From: Pristiophorus japonicus
Lineage: Eukaryota
Assembly (NCBI RefSeq): GCF_044704955.1
Contig: NC_091980.1
Span: 274,474,001-274,538,000, forward strand
Reading direction: 5' to 3'
Length of the DNA: 64,000 bases
The notes under the pieces were generated by a model, which was not told the DNA's origin, searched no databases, and saw nothing but the letters and a program-made list of their open reading frames with translations. Position numbers and translations under genes: made by a program. Below are positions 1-13,310 of this stretch, in pieces (within the stretch, counting starts at the first letter, position 1; every line of letters begins with the position of its first letter).

Positions 1-2115
1 CTCTCCCACGCTGGCTAAATAGCCCTCAGCCTGGTACAGCCCTCATCTTCGCTCCCTCAAGTCAAAAGGACGCAGACTTGAGCGGATGTGGCGGACAACT
101 GGTTTACCCATTCACCGCCAGATCTGGCTCGAACAAATAAAACATTATCGGTTCCTACTCTTGTCTACAAAAACTGCTCACTATTCCAGGAGCATTCTGG
201 ATTGCAAAAATAACCCCCGGTTACTATTTTCTACTGCTAACCGTCTCCTTAAAGCCCTCTCCTCTGTCTCCACCACATTCACCTAAAACAAGTGTGAGGA
301 GCTCATGGACTTCTTTGTCTCAAAGATAGAGACCATCCAATCAGCTGCCTCTGCGAGTTTCCTTCCTTGGCCTAGCCCACAGGGTCAAACTTCACCTGAG
401 GCTCCTACCTGCCCGAGCCCTAAACGCACATCTTTCTCTAGTTTTTCTTTGATCTCTGTTCTTGATCTCTCCAAGCTCAGCTTGTCCATAAAACCCACTT
501 CCTGCTCCCTTGACCCTATTCCCACGAAACTGCTGACCACCCAATTTCCTTTTTTGGCTCCCATTTTAACCGACATTGTTAACGGTTCTCTCTCCTCAGG
601 CACTGTCCCCCTCTCCTTCAAATCTGCTGTCATCACCCCTCTCCTCAAAAAAAACAACCCTTGACCCTACTTTTCTTGATAGCTATCGCCCCATCTCCAA
701 CCTCCCTTGCCTGTCCAAAGAACTTGAACGTGTTGTTGCCTCCCAAATCCATGACCATCTTTCCATAAATTCAATGTTTGAATCCCTTCAATCTGGTTTT
801 CGCCCTTGCCACATGTACCGAAACGGCTCTCATCAAAGTCACAAATGACATCCTTTGTGACCGTGACAAAGGTAAACTATCCCTCCTCATCCTTCTGGAC
901 CTGTCTGCAGCCTTTGACACAGTTGATCACTCCATCCTCCTCCAATGCCTCTCCACTATTGTCCAGCTGGGTGGGACTGCACTCGCCTGGTTCTATTCTT
1001 ATCTATCTAATTGTAACCAGAAAATCTCCTGCAATGGCTTCTCTTCCCACTCCCACATCGTTATCTCTGGTGTCCCCCAAGGATCTGTCCTTGGCCCCCT
1101 CTTAATTCTCATCTATATGCTGCCCCTTGGCGATATCATCCGAAAACACGGAGTCAGTTTCCACACCCAGCTCTACTTCTCCACCACGTCTCTCGACCCC
1201 TGCTTAGTATCTAAATTGTCAGATTGCTTGCCCGACATCCAGTACTGGAGGAGCAGAGATTTTCTCCAATTAAATATTGGGAAGATCGAAGCCATTGTCT
1301 TTGGTCCCCGCCACAAACTGCATTCCCTAACCATCCCTCTCCCTAGCATCAATCTGAGGGTGAACAAGACTGCTCGCAACCTGGGTATCATATTTGACCC
1401 TGAAATGAGTTTCCAGCCACATATCCACAGCATAACAAAAACCACCTTTTTCCACTCCGTAACATTCCCCTGCCCCCGTCTCAGCTCTTCTGCTGCTGAA
1501 ACCCTCATTCATGCCTTTGTTACCTTTAGACTTGACTACTCCATATCACTCCTGGCTGGCCTCCCACATTCTACACTACGTAAACTTGAGGTCATCCAAA
1601 ACTCAGCAGTCCGTGTCCTAACTCGCACCAAGTCACGATCACCCATCATCCCTGTGCTTTCTGACCTACATTGGCTCCTGGTTAAACACACTTCGATTTC
1701 AAAATTCTCATCCTTGTTTACAAATCACACCACGGCCTTGCCCCTTCCTATTTCTGTAATCTTTTTCAGCCTCACAACCCCACAAGATGTCTGTGGTCCT
1801 CAAATTCTGCTTTCTTGAACAGCCCTCATTATAACTGCTCAACCATCGGTGGGAGTGCCATCAGCTATTTGGGCCCTAAGCTCTGGAACTCCCTCCTAAA
1901 CCTCTCCGCCTCTCTATCTCTCTTTTCTCCTTTAAGACGCTCCTTAAAACCTACCTCTTTAACCAAGCTTTTGGTCATCTGCCTTAATTTCTTCTTTTCT
2001 GGCTCGGTGTCAAATTTATCTTGTTTTGTCTTGTTAACACTGCTGTGATGCGCCTTGGGACGTTTTACTATGTTAAAGGCGCTATATAAATAAAAGTTAT
2101 GAAGTTATTATTATT
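1..2115 (+). mobile_element. L2-clade LINE, ORF2 (RT) with frameshifts and 3' tail
   Basis: ORF pieces [38 protein letters not shown]; tail ...aaaggcgctatataaat..gttattattatt. Confidence 0.9.
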
Positions 2116-3479
2116 AAAGGAACTCTACCTCCATATTGGCTTTTATAGGACTAACAAAACTCTCTGTGACACTCTTTTTCTCCCTGTTTTGGTTACTCAC
2201 TTATTTTGCTCATCCCCCTTCTTCTCTACCACCAATCTACTTGGAAAATGAAAGATACATGCAATTTCAAAGTTTTAATCATTGAGGTTTACATGTTTTT
2301 TTCCACACAAGTACAGCCACATTTTGGATCATCTGATTTAATCTTTTAGAATGTGGCCTTCTAGAAATGGTACAACAAAGAGGGGGATTGGGGAAGCTTT
2401 AAATCAATACAGGTGTAGGCATTATAACTCGAAGGATTCTGCAAAAGCATGCCAGAATTTTAAAATTCTAATTCTGGCAGCTTTAAAAATCTACTTTCTA
2501 CCAACATTTAGCACAATTGTACACAGAAACTATATTAGAATTGTCATTAATGCTGATAGTGATAACAACCCCTTCCACAAAGTGCGTTTATAGTTTTGTC
2601 AGATACCTTAAATTAAGGTTTGGCTAATTAAAATAATTTATTATGCATATATACAGCTCTAACAATATTACCGCCACCCTTACTTCCAAAAGTGAAATAA
2701 TGCCAGTTCCAGTTACATTGGCTAATTTAAACATAAGCATATGATAGGGTTGTGCAAAAGTTTAGCTGCAAAGCTGTATTGAAATTGTCTCAAATTATGG
2801 TTTTGTTGGCATGTATAAGCAAATTATAGCTCAAAAGTGTTAAAAATCACAATTTAGCACTGCTATTTCCATTTACTTTAAATTGTAAGGTCAAACATGA
2901 TGCAAAGAAATTATAATAGCAATTGCAAAATCAAATAAAGCTGTGTATGGGTTTTACTTAAGTAAATGACAAATGTAGTAGAACCAGTCTGGCTATTTTA
3001 AAGGTTGCGAGAAATAGACAAGATTCCAGTTGTCCTCCTGTTCATTGCTAACTTCAAGAAATCTCTCCGTTACTTGATAATTCCTCCTAGCCATCTACTG
3101 TCAGTCTCTCTCTTACTTTGGAATACTCAGGCCTTGCTTGCCATTTCAGCTAAAAACTCTGGAAATGATACATGGCACTGTACTTCCTCCAATTGGAAGA
3201 CTAGAAACCAGCCCCTGCACAAGTATTTGGCTGGAATAACAACCAGCAACCTAAGGAGACACGCTGGTCAGAAATGAGTGCTGATGAGAAGCGGGTAGGA
3301 ATTTTCCAGATTCACACAAACAGAAGGGGGGTCATGAAGGAGGGGCTAGGAATCTCAGGCGTCAGTAAAACAACAGTGCCCACAAAGTTTTCTTCGGGTG
3401 GGAAAGGAGAGAGATCTATATTGCCTACCATACATTGCATATGTAAAAATCCTCTATTTTACAGTGAGAAAAATACAGC

Positions 3480-6466
3480 AAAATAACACATTTTAATGCA
3501 AGACAATAAGTTTCTTCGTGAAACCCAAAGCAAAAATCAAAAAAGGCCACATTACAGCAAAAGTCTAAAAGGACAAAGAGTGTTAAAAAGACAAGCCTGA
3601 AGGCTCTGTGCCTCAATGCGAGGAGTATTCGGAATAAGGTGGATGAATTAACTGCGCAGGCAGCTATTAACTAATATAATATAATTGGGATTATGGAGAC
3701 ATGGCTCCAGGGTGACCAAGTCTGGGAACTCAACATCCAGGAATATTCAACATTCAGGAAGGATAGACAGAAAGTAAAAGGAGGTGGGGTAGCATTGTTG
3801 GTTAAAGAGGAAATTAACGCAATAGTAAGGAAGGACATTAGCTTGGATGATGTGGAATTTGTATGGGTAGAGCTGCGGAATACCAAAAGGCAGAAAACAC
3901 TAGTGGGAGTTGTGTACAGACCACCAAACAGTAGTAGTGAGGTTGGGGACAGCATCAAACAAGAAATTAGGGATGCGTGCAATAAAGGTACAGCAGTTAT
4001 CATGGGCGACTTTAATCTACATATAGATTGGGCTAACCAAACTGGCAGCAGGAGGAGGATTTCCTGGAGTGTATTAGGGATGGTTTTCTAGACCAATATG
4101 TCGAAGAACCAACTAGAGGGCTGGCCATCTTAGACTGGGTGATGTGTAACGAGAAAGGACTAATTAGCAATCTTGTTGTGCGAGACCCCTTGGGGAAGAG
4201 TGACGATAATATGGTAGAATTCTTTATTAAGATGGAGAGTGACACAGTTAATTCGGAAACCAGGGTCCTGAACTTAAGGAAAGGTAACTTCGATGGTATG
4301 AGACGTGAATTGGCTCGAATAGACAGGCAAATGATAATTAAAGGGTTGACGGTGGAAAGGCAATGGCAAACATTTAAAGATCACATGGATGAACTTCAAC
4401 AATTGTACATCCCTGTCTGGAGTAAAACTAAAATAGGGAAGATGGCTCAACCGTGGCTAACAAGGGAAATTAGAGATAGTGTTAAATCCAAGGAAGAGGC
4501 ATATAAATTGGCCAGAAAAAGCAGCAAATCTGAGGACTGGGAGAAATTTAGAATTCAGCAGAGGAGGACAAAGGGTTTAATTAGGAGGAGGAAAATAGAG
4601 TATGAGGGGAAGCTTGCTGGGAACATAAAAACTGACTGCAAAAGCTTCTAGATATGTGAAGAGAAAAAGATTAGTGAAGACAAAGGTAGGTCCCTTGCAG
4701 TCAGAATCAGGTGAATTTATAATGGGGACAAAGAAATGGCAGACCAATTGAACAAATATTTTGGTTCTGTCTTCACTAAGGAAGACACAAATAACCTTCG
4801 GGAAGTACTAGGGGACCGAGGGCCTAGTGAGAAGGAGGAACTGAAGGAAATCCTTATTAGTCAGGGAAATTGATGGGATTGAAGGCCAATAAATCCCCAG
4901 GGCCTGATAGTTTGCATCCCAGAGTACATAAGGAAGTGGCCCTAGAAATAGTGGATGTATTGGTGATCATTTTCCAACAGTCTATCGACTCTGGATCAGT
5001 TCCTATGGACAGGAGGGTAGCTAATGTAACACCACTTTTTAAAAAAGGAGGGAGAGAGAAAACAGGGAATTATAGACCAGTTAGCCTGACATCGGTGGTG
5101 GGGAAAATTTTGGAATAAATTATTAAAGATGAAATAGCAGCACATTTGGAAAGCAGTGACAGGATCGGTCCAAGTCAGCATGGATTTATGAAAGGGAAAT
5201 CATGCTTGACAATTCTTCTAGAATATTTTGAGGATATAACTAGTAGAGTGGACAAGCGAGAACTAGTGGATGTGGTGTATATGGACTTTCAAAAGGCTTT
5301 TGACAAGGTCCCACACAAGAGATTGGTGTGCAAAATTAAAGCACATGGTAATGGAGGTAATGTATTGACGTGGATACAGAACTGGTTGGCAGACAGGAAG
5401 CAGAGAGTCGGGATAAACGGGTCCTTTTCAGAATGGCAGGCAGTGACTAGTGGGGTGCCGCAGGGCTCAGTGCTGGGACCTCAGCTATTTACAATACACA
5501 TCAATGATTTAGATGAAGGAATTGAGTGTAATATCTCCAAGTTTGCAGATGACACTAAGCTGGGTGGCAGTGTGAGCTGTGAGGAGGATGCTAAGAGACT
5601 GCAGGGTGACTTGGACAGGTTAGGTGAGTGGGCAAATGCATGGCAGATGCAGTTTAATGTGGATAAATGTGAGGTTATCCACTTTGGTGGCAAAAACATG
5701 AAGGCAGAATATTATCTGAATGGCGGCAGATTAGGAAAAGGGGGGGGTGCAACGAGACCTGGGTGTCATGGTACATCAGTCATTGAAGGTTGGCATGCAG
5801 GTGCAGCAGGCAGTGAAGAAGACAAATGGTATGTTGGCCTTCATAGCTAGGGAATTTGAGTATCGGAGCAGGGAGGTCTTACTGCAGTTGTACAGGGCCT
5901 TGGTGAGGCCTCACCTGGAATATTGTGTTCAGTTTTGGTCTCCTAATCTGAGGAAGGACGTTCTTGCTATTGAGGGAGTGCAGCGAAGGTTCACCAGACT
6001 GATTCCTGGGATGGCTGGACTGACATATGAGGAGAGACTGGATCGACTGGGCCTGTATTCACTGGAGTTTAGAAGAATGAGAGGGGATCTCAAAGGAACA
6101 TAGAAAATTCTGACGGGACTGGACAGGTTAGATGCAGGAAGAATGTTCCCGATGTTGGGGGAGTCCAGAATCAGGGGTCACAGTCTAAGGATAAGGGGTA
6201 AGCCATTTAGGACTGAGATGAGGAGAAACTTCTTCACTCAGAGAGTTGTTAACCTGTGGAATTCTCTACCGCAGAGAGTTGTTGATGCCAGTTCATTAGA
6301 TACATTCAAGAGGGCGTTAGATATGGCCCTTATGGCTAAAGGGATCAAGGAGTATGGAGAGAAAGCAGGAAAGGGGTACTGAAGTGAATGATCAGCCATC
6401 TTATTGAATGGTGGTGCAGACTCGAAGGGCCGAATGGCCTACTTCTGCACCTATTTTCTATGTTTC
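3480..6466 (+). mobile_element. CR1 LINE, near-complete ORF2 (APE endonuclease + RT), disabled
   Basis: LCLNARSIRNK, GVVYRPP, MGDFN, DFQKAFDKVPH, KFADDTKL, RPHLEYCVQFWSP; tail ttttctatgtttc; several stops and frameshifts. Confidence 0.95.
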
Positions 6467-6683
6467 ATTGATGTGAATGTTCATGTACTGAATGATTCAG
6501 AAATACAACAGAACGATTAGAAAACTTAAACCTTGAAAATTATGCTTCACATGCCTCCCAACTTATGTTTAAAAGCATAGAAAGATTAAAAAGTTCTAAA
6601 ACCCTCTATCGCTGCGATTTGAATGTGACAATGGTACTGGTCCGTGTTTGGTGAAAGCCCTTTCAATTTGGTTTTCAATATCA

Positions 6684-6839
<156 letters not shown>

Positions 6840-6864
6840 TTAGCTTGTAAGTAGTACCCTTAGT

Positions 6865-7310
6865 AGGTTGTACCTCTCCAGTCCGGTACCCTGGGACCTG
6901 ACCAGTGCCAGACCAGAGAATTTTCCAAACCACGGGAGGTCAACTAGACAACGCTGCTGACAACGACCCATTCTGTGCATGCGCTGTGCAGAAGCCTACT
7001 GTGCAGCATTTAGTCGTCCAGAAGACGAGAGGAGAAGCGGCGGGGCGAGGTGAGAGAGCTGAGCCGCAAACCGCCAAGCCGAGCCTCCGACCGGGCCCTG
7101 AGCCTCCCACTGAGCCGCAGTGGGAAAGTGGTAGTAGTGGCGGCGGCAGCGGGCGGCAGGGGGAGAGAGAGACAGAGAGCCCGGAGCTAGGCCTAGCTTC
7201 GGCGCCTCAGACAGCCGCCTGCCCTTCCCTTTCCTTGCCCAGCCCACTTAGCTCAACAAACAGCGCAGGACACCACCCACATTGGGACTGATGGCGGACC
7301 AGGGATGTTT
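6865..7310. mobile_element. Probable Tigger/pogo-type MITE remnant with CpG-rich interior
   Basis: Left end aggttgtacctctccagtccgg resembles the CAGGT..CC..TCCGG ends of the MITE at 61045; right end not identified. Confidence 0.35.
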
Positions 7311-7949
7311 CCCACCTAAAGAGGTGCAATCTGTGATTATTTTTGAAACTGCTTCCACCAAGGTCCATGCACATATTTGGTCGTAAAGTTATTAGCAACA
7401 CACCTGACTTGGGTCAAAGTACAAAGATTTCAGATTTTGTGTGGTAGGCCTGTAACAGCCATCTAAAGACACATGCACAAAGCATAGCACATAGTCCGTG
7501 CAGTGTAAAAAAATGTAGAGGAAAAGATTAGGTTAAAAATGTAAACAAATAAATAATCCAAGTGTTTGATGATTTTTGACAACTATTACGTGATAGGGTT
7601 TAACATAGTTTTCTAAACTGTGCACATTATTTATTACTGCTTCTTTCTCCTGTGCAATTCAGTTCATTTTTCTCCTAAACTCTCATCTTGCTTTCTGCAT
7701 GTAAACTTTCAAAGGTGTCAAAAAATAAATGGGTATATACAGCAAGACTGGAAGGTTGTGGAGAAGAGGTGAAGTGGTCCGACTTGCACCACACATACTG
7801 TTTATTATTAAAAACACACTGTTTCACGGACAGCTTTGTCTAGGTTTCTTCTGAAGATTTTGACGATCTTATTATCTGGTGCTGTACATGGGTTTTCACA
7901 AGTAAATGTTACATACTGCTGCTAAGCCGACACTAGCAATGTTACTCAC

Positions 7950-8079
7950 ATTTCTCTCTTATGGTTAAAGTCAACTCCATACACAATCTCCTCTTCTCCA
8001 TCTTTCACAATCTTCCAAATTGTTCCTCCAATCATGTGACCTGCAGGCAAAGGAGTTATGGATAGACCATGTCCCTTAC
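7950..8079 (-). CDS. CPSF2: CPSF2 coding exon 4 (130 nt)
   Basis: ctAG|GT AAG GGA...GAA AT|GTGAGT; [43 protein letters not shown]. Confidence 0.97.
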
Positions 8080-9134
8080 CTAGATACAAGACAGAAAGGA
8101 AAAAGTTCAACAACCGAGTGCGAAAGATACCAGTTTTCATATTGGATTTTTAAATATTCACTGGACCAGCTCATGCACAAACCATTAGGCCTGAGGCTCA
8201 ACAGAAAATGAGCCTTGTTGTTATAATAGTGCTGAGCTGCTGGAGCCTGTCGTGCCTCCAGTGACAGCTTTCCCATTTACCGGGATGAATTTAGGACAGC
8301 TGTCTAGGCGGTGGCGGCCTTCAGGTAAGTGCTGGGGCGGGGGGTTGGGGGGAGGGGAACAGAGAACAGGAAGGGTGCTGAGCAAAGCCCCCCCATTAGC
8401 TGCACTGCCTCCTGCACAGTCCATTCAAATGTTTGTGTCTGTGTGATATCTACAATGTAAAAGCCGGTGAGGGGATGCGCAGGACCTCTCAGACCACGGT
8501 GCAATCGCGCGCGCGCTTTAACAGGAACTCTGGTGCTGAGCATGGGCTGGCAGCATCCCGCAGTAGTACTGTAGAACCAGGAGAACACCTACTCCTCCTG
8601 GCTCCACTTCAATGTAAGTATATTAAAAACTTTAAAAGTTTTGGTGCTGTCTCCTTAAATCTACTGGATACATCACACGTACTCTGTGCTGACAGATTTG
8701 CTGGAGGAGTCTTGAACCAGGCATTATGCCCATCATTTACATATGTGGGCACTACGGATGTCTGGAAAGCCACCTCCACTAGTACAGCTGTGTCCATACT
8801 CCTGACACAAATCAGAAGTGCACAAATCAGGGGCGGAACATTGTGCCCTGAAATCATTCCTTGTTGTCCCCATTTTGTGCCCAGGCGGAACAAGGACAAC
8901 TTTCCCTGCCTATTAAGTTTTATTAACTAATCCGAAATCCTGTTTAGATAATATTTTCAATTATATTCTATCTTTTTGGAGATGGAAGAAGGACAAGAGC
9001 GAGGGTTTTTAAGTGTTCTGCACAATTCCCCAGCCAAGAGCTAAGCCAGCCCCGGGTATATGATAATACTGCAACAATAGGTGTGGTGCAAGAGTAGACT
9101 GAATAGGCTCAACCGACTTTACCTCCCTCCCTCA

Positions 9135-9585
9135 GGTGTCAGCTATGGCTGTTAGTAGCACTCTTGCCTCTGAGTCAGAAGGTTGTGGGTTCAAGCCCCA
9201 CTCCAGAGACTTGAGCACAAAATCTCGGCTGACATTTCAATGCAATACTGAGGGAGCGCTGTGCTGTGCTATCTTTCAGATGAAACATTAAACTGAGGCC
9301 CCGTCTGCCCCCTTAGGTGGATTTAAAAGATCCCGTGGCACTATTTCGAAAAAGAGCAGGGAAGTTCTTCCCGGTATCCTGGCCAATATTTATCCCTCAA
9401 CCGACATCACTGAGAAAAAACAGATTATCTGGTCATTATCTCATCGCTGTTTATGGGACCTCACTGTGCGCAATTTGGCTGCCGCATTACCTACATTACA
9501 ACAGTGACTACACTTCATTGGCTGTAAAGTGCTTTGGGACGTTCTGAGGCCATGAAAGGCGCTATATAAAGGAAAGTCTTTCTTT
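9135..9585 (+). mobile_element. tRNA-headed Deu-domain SINE (SacSINE1-like)
   Basis: B-box-like gggttcaagccc; core taaaagatcccgtggcact..cctggccaatatttatccctcaac; L2-like tail gaaaggcgctatataaa. Confidence 0.8.
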
Positions 9586-9809
9586 CTCAGGTGAAGGGCT
9601 TGGTCTCCGTATGACATATCTTCAAACAACCCAGCTGAGATTGGAAAATCATGTAATACGACATGGAGGCACAAATCCGTAAGCTATCCACCTGCTACAG
9701 CACACTGACATCAATCCGTACTACCACTGTAAATTCCCCATTATTTAATGGTTCTATTTTAATAAATTCAACTAATGGATCTCAATCCATGTTCTGTTTA
9801 TGATTGTAC

Positions 9810-9915
9810 CTTTTAAGTTGACAATCTGGGAATATTTCAGTTGCTGAATCTTGTCAAATGCTGCATCAACATCATCCAAAGTAAATAGGGAGAACTCTTC
9901 AGTGTTGTGCCGAGA
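9810..9915 (-). CDS. CPSF2: CPSF2 coding exon 3 (106 nt)
   Basis: ttacaAG|TCT CGG...TTA AAA G|GTACA; [35 protein letters not shown]. Confidence 0.96.
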
Positions 9916-10168
9916 CTTGTAAGAAGAAATTAAAGCAATTTACAATTTTCCAGTAGCAAATTAAATACTTTCTTTGGATTCAATGCATGGTTTAAGCAAA
10001 AACAATGATACATCGGGCTGAATTGTAGAGCCATGCTGTAGTCAGTAGCTCCTGCGATCTCTACAGGAATGCTGTTACTACCAATAGTAAGGTGTCCAGA
10101 CATTGGTGAACATCAACAGTATTCTTAATGACATAACTGAGAACACAGATATACTTCAATTAACTCAC

Positions 10169-10328
10169 CTGATAGAGGTCGTACATAAACATCTGCCCCA
10201 TCTTGTAAACAGGAATGGTGGCATAAATTGCACAGTTTAAACCCAGTCTCCCAACAGCATAAGGGAGAGCTCCCAGGTGTAAGGGGTCAGGATGAGAAAG
10301 TAGGATCGCATCAACCAAATGAACATAT
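10169..10328 (-). CDS. CPSF2: CPSF2 coding exon 2 (160 nt), metallo-beta-lactamase fold
   Basis: ttgcAG|A TAT GTT...TAT CAG|GTGAGT; [53 protein letters not shown]. Confidence 0.97.
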
Positions 10329-10438
10329 CTGCAACAAAAATTGCAATTCATTGTAAGACAGCCACAAGCAATTGTCTTCAAATTGAATTGATTGTTTTAC
10401 TCAAATGAGTACAGACAAGTAATTATAAACAAAATATT

Positions 10439-13140
10439 GGGCTTAATTTTTCCCGATGCCGTTTTTTTGCGTACTGCAAGAGTTACACCTGTTTTTTTTG
10501 GCCTCGACTACTCCAAAAAGATAACTAGCAAGTTTCTCCGTTCTATTTCTTTTTAATTGGTGCGTGCAGCCTATCCTTTAGCTTCAGGAAGTGGAGCCTA
10601 ATGTCTGCGCCGAAGAAACAATGCCACCCCTGCCTTCTGCGCATGCACGAAAAAAAAAGGACGTTTTTGACGTGACTGCTATGGGTGCACATGCCCAGTA
10701 TAGCTCTCGATCTGCATTCGACCATTTTTAAAGAGCACATTGTGTGTGAGAACTTTAATTCTCATTGGAAAAATCAGAGCTACAATGCAATATGCAATGC
10801 CGCTCAAGGACCAAGAATTTCTTACAGGATGAAGTGGAGGCACTAGTTACTGTGACTGAAGCCAGATGGCACGAACTGGACACCAACAGAGGTCACATAA
10901 AAGTTTCACCAAAAGAAATGAAGATATGCTGGAACCAAGTTGCAGAAGGTTACTGCACAATGGTGGCCACCCAGAGGTCTGGAGGCCAGTGCAAAAAGAA
11001 GTGGCAGGACCTTGGTCAAGTAGTTAGTGTAAGTAATATTTTCATTTATTCAATGGAATTGCAATTGTAAATGTGACCATCTGTATATGTCCCACCCAGT
11101 AGAAAGACACCCTCTCTAAAAAGTTACATTTTCATCTTTGCAGAGGAAATTGGCACACAAGAAAAGGGAAAGGACTAGAACAGGAGGAGGCCCGGCAAAT
11201 CTGCACTCACTGACGCCCTTGGACTTCAGGGTCGCTGCTTTGGTGGGTCCTGCCTGGAGAAAAGCAACCACCACTGCACAAGCTGGGCCCACACTCAGGG
11301 AGAGGGTAAGTCCTGCAAATTCCACAGTCTGGCTTTGCTAAGTGTTAAGTACTCCGTGAGCTGGCCATGTTTCGGTTCATGGGGATGTCTCCGTCAGCTA
11401 TGCTTCGGTTGATGCAATGTGCTGTCATTCATCGTGGTCCTTCAAATGAGCCTGCTGCCTGCACTATGTGCTTACTCATGCCACCCTTCCCCCTCCTCTG
11501 TTGCTAACCATTTGTCAATTCTGTTATATTTTGCAGAACTTGAGGCCAACCCTGATGAGGCTGAAGCTAATGCAGAAGAAGATTCAGACGCGAACAAGCC
11601 TGAAGAGAAGAACATCTTCCAATCCCACCTTCCAGACCAAAATCATGGGGGTGAGGGGGAGGGGGAGGTGATGGATGAAGCCCCCACTATTGTACTCACT
11701 CTGGAGGAGGTGCAGATGCTGCCCATTGAGGAGCCAGGCCCATTCCTGAGTGGTACGAGTGTTGGGACATTCTATGGTTTCTCATAGTCCGAGGCTGAGG
11801 ATTCCAGTGGGGTGCAACGAGACACACCCAGGGCCCCACCGTCCGAAGCTGCCGGTCCCAGTGGAATGCAGCTAGCCACAACCAGGGTGAGGAGGGAAAG
11901 GAGAGCTCGAAACCGCTTTCCTGAGGTGCAGGATCTAACAGATGTGGTTCAGATGATAGCAATGAGTGCGGAGAGCATTGACCTTACACGATCACTCCTG
12001 GACACCATCAGTGGGGTGGGTGATGAGGTATCGTGACTGTCGGGAGAAGTAACAACACTCTCACGAGAAATGGGAACACTGTCGGTACACATGAGGGAGG
12101 GAATGTTGCTGCCACTCCCACTCCAATACCCAGACCAACCTCTGAAGTGCCCAAGCCGGGCCTTCCACATTACCACCTGCACCGCCCCCCCCACCATCAA
12201 GAAGTGCGCATTACTCGAGATGTTCAAAAGAATAAGCTTGGTGCCAATCCGAGGAATGCTGCACCATCACCTGCGGGCAGGGGTGGAGTCAACAATACCA
12301 CACGCAGCGGGCGGTCTTAGAATAAGGTGGAAGAGAGATGAGTGCAGCCTTTCTTTGCTGCTGTTATTATTATTGTTGTTACTGTTGTAACCGTTCTAAA
12401 ATTTAAAGTTTTTTGTAAGTTATGTAAATTTACAAGTTTGTAAGTGATCTTAAAGTTTGTAAGTGATTTTAACTGAAAACTTTAAAGTTTGAGAATAAAG
12501 TTAAGTACAAACAAGTGTTTGTTATACTTTTGAATAAAATATATTTTAAATTATAACTGAATCATTTCCATTATTTGTTCCATTATTAAAACTTATTAAC
12601 ACAACTTATTGAAGTAAAGATCCATTTCCATTATTTGTTCCACTAACACAACACAACATTACAGAACAGGTCCAAACAGTAAACATGGTCCATTTGGAAT
12701 AGTTGCCGCTGAGCCTTCAGGCAGCAAAGCGTTCACGGATGAGCTGCTGGTGCAAGGCTCAAGCAATCGTTAAAGGGGCACGACAACCCGTCCCCCTCCG
12801 CCATCGTGCTCCGGGTTCAGGTAGTTGCATGGCTTCCTCGTCCTCCTTCTCATTATCTGCATCTTCCTCCTCATCATCAACCACTCTCACCTCAGGTGGG
12901 TCTTCTACTACCAGCTGCTGCTGCCTCATGATGGCTAAGTTGTGCAGCATGCAGCACACAACAGTTAACTGACCGACAATCTCAGGGGAGTATTGCAAGT
13001 AGCCTCCGGAATGGTCCAGGCATCGGAAACGCTGTTTCAAGATGCCAATGGTCCTCTCTATTATGCTGCGCGTGGCAATATGCGACATGTTGTATTCCTG
13101 GTCAGCTTCTGTCCAGGTTACGCATAGCAGCGTCATGAGC
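10439..13140. mobile_element. PIF/Harbinger transposon copy 1, right part missing
   Basis: Left terminal inverted repeat (TIR) gggcttaatttttccc; Myb/SANT gene on +; transposase C-terminus on - (IERTIGILKQRFRCLD...CCMLHNLA, 12759-13136); colinear with the copy at 37472. Confidence 0.9.
10792..12320 (+). pseudogene. Harbinger Myb/SANT accessory gene, 3 exons (10792-11028, 11144-11305, 11537-~12320), disabled
   Basis: RTKNFLQDEVEALV...WNQVA...RSGGQCKKKWQDL|gtaagt; ttgcag|RKLAHKKRERTRTGGGP; 1-bp deletion at the end of exon 2 relative to copy 2; stops in exon 3. Confidence 0.85.
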
Positions 13141-13310
13141 TATCCCCTTCCTGGCCACTGTCTGAGGCTGAACCTTTCGCAACCTTAGCATCCTATTCAA
13201 CCCCAAGCTGAACTTTCAACCCCATATCCTCTCCAGGACCAATAACTTCCACCTCCATAAAGTGCCTGTCTCCACCCCTGCCTCAGCCCATCTGCTGCTG
13301 AAACTTTCTT

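Noticed and set aside
2120-3470. Search for the next CPSF2 exon (NVLETLR...)
   Set aside because: Not found on the minus strand; presumably left of the window
8230-8930. GC-rich patch and 165-aa ORF in a CPSF2 intron
   Set aside because: No protein motif; looks like MITE debris but no TIR pair or TSD could be fixed
9135-9215. tRNA-like A/B boxes
   Set aside because: SINE head, not a tRNA gene; it continues into the Deu core
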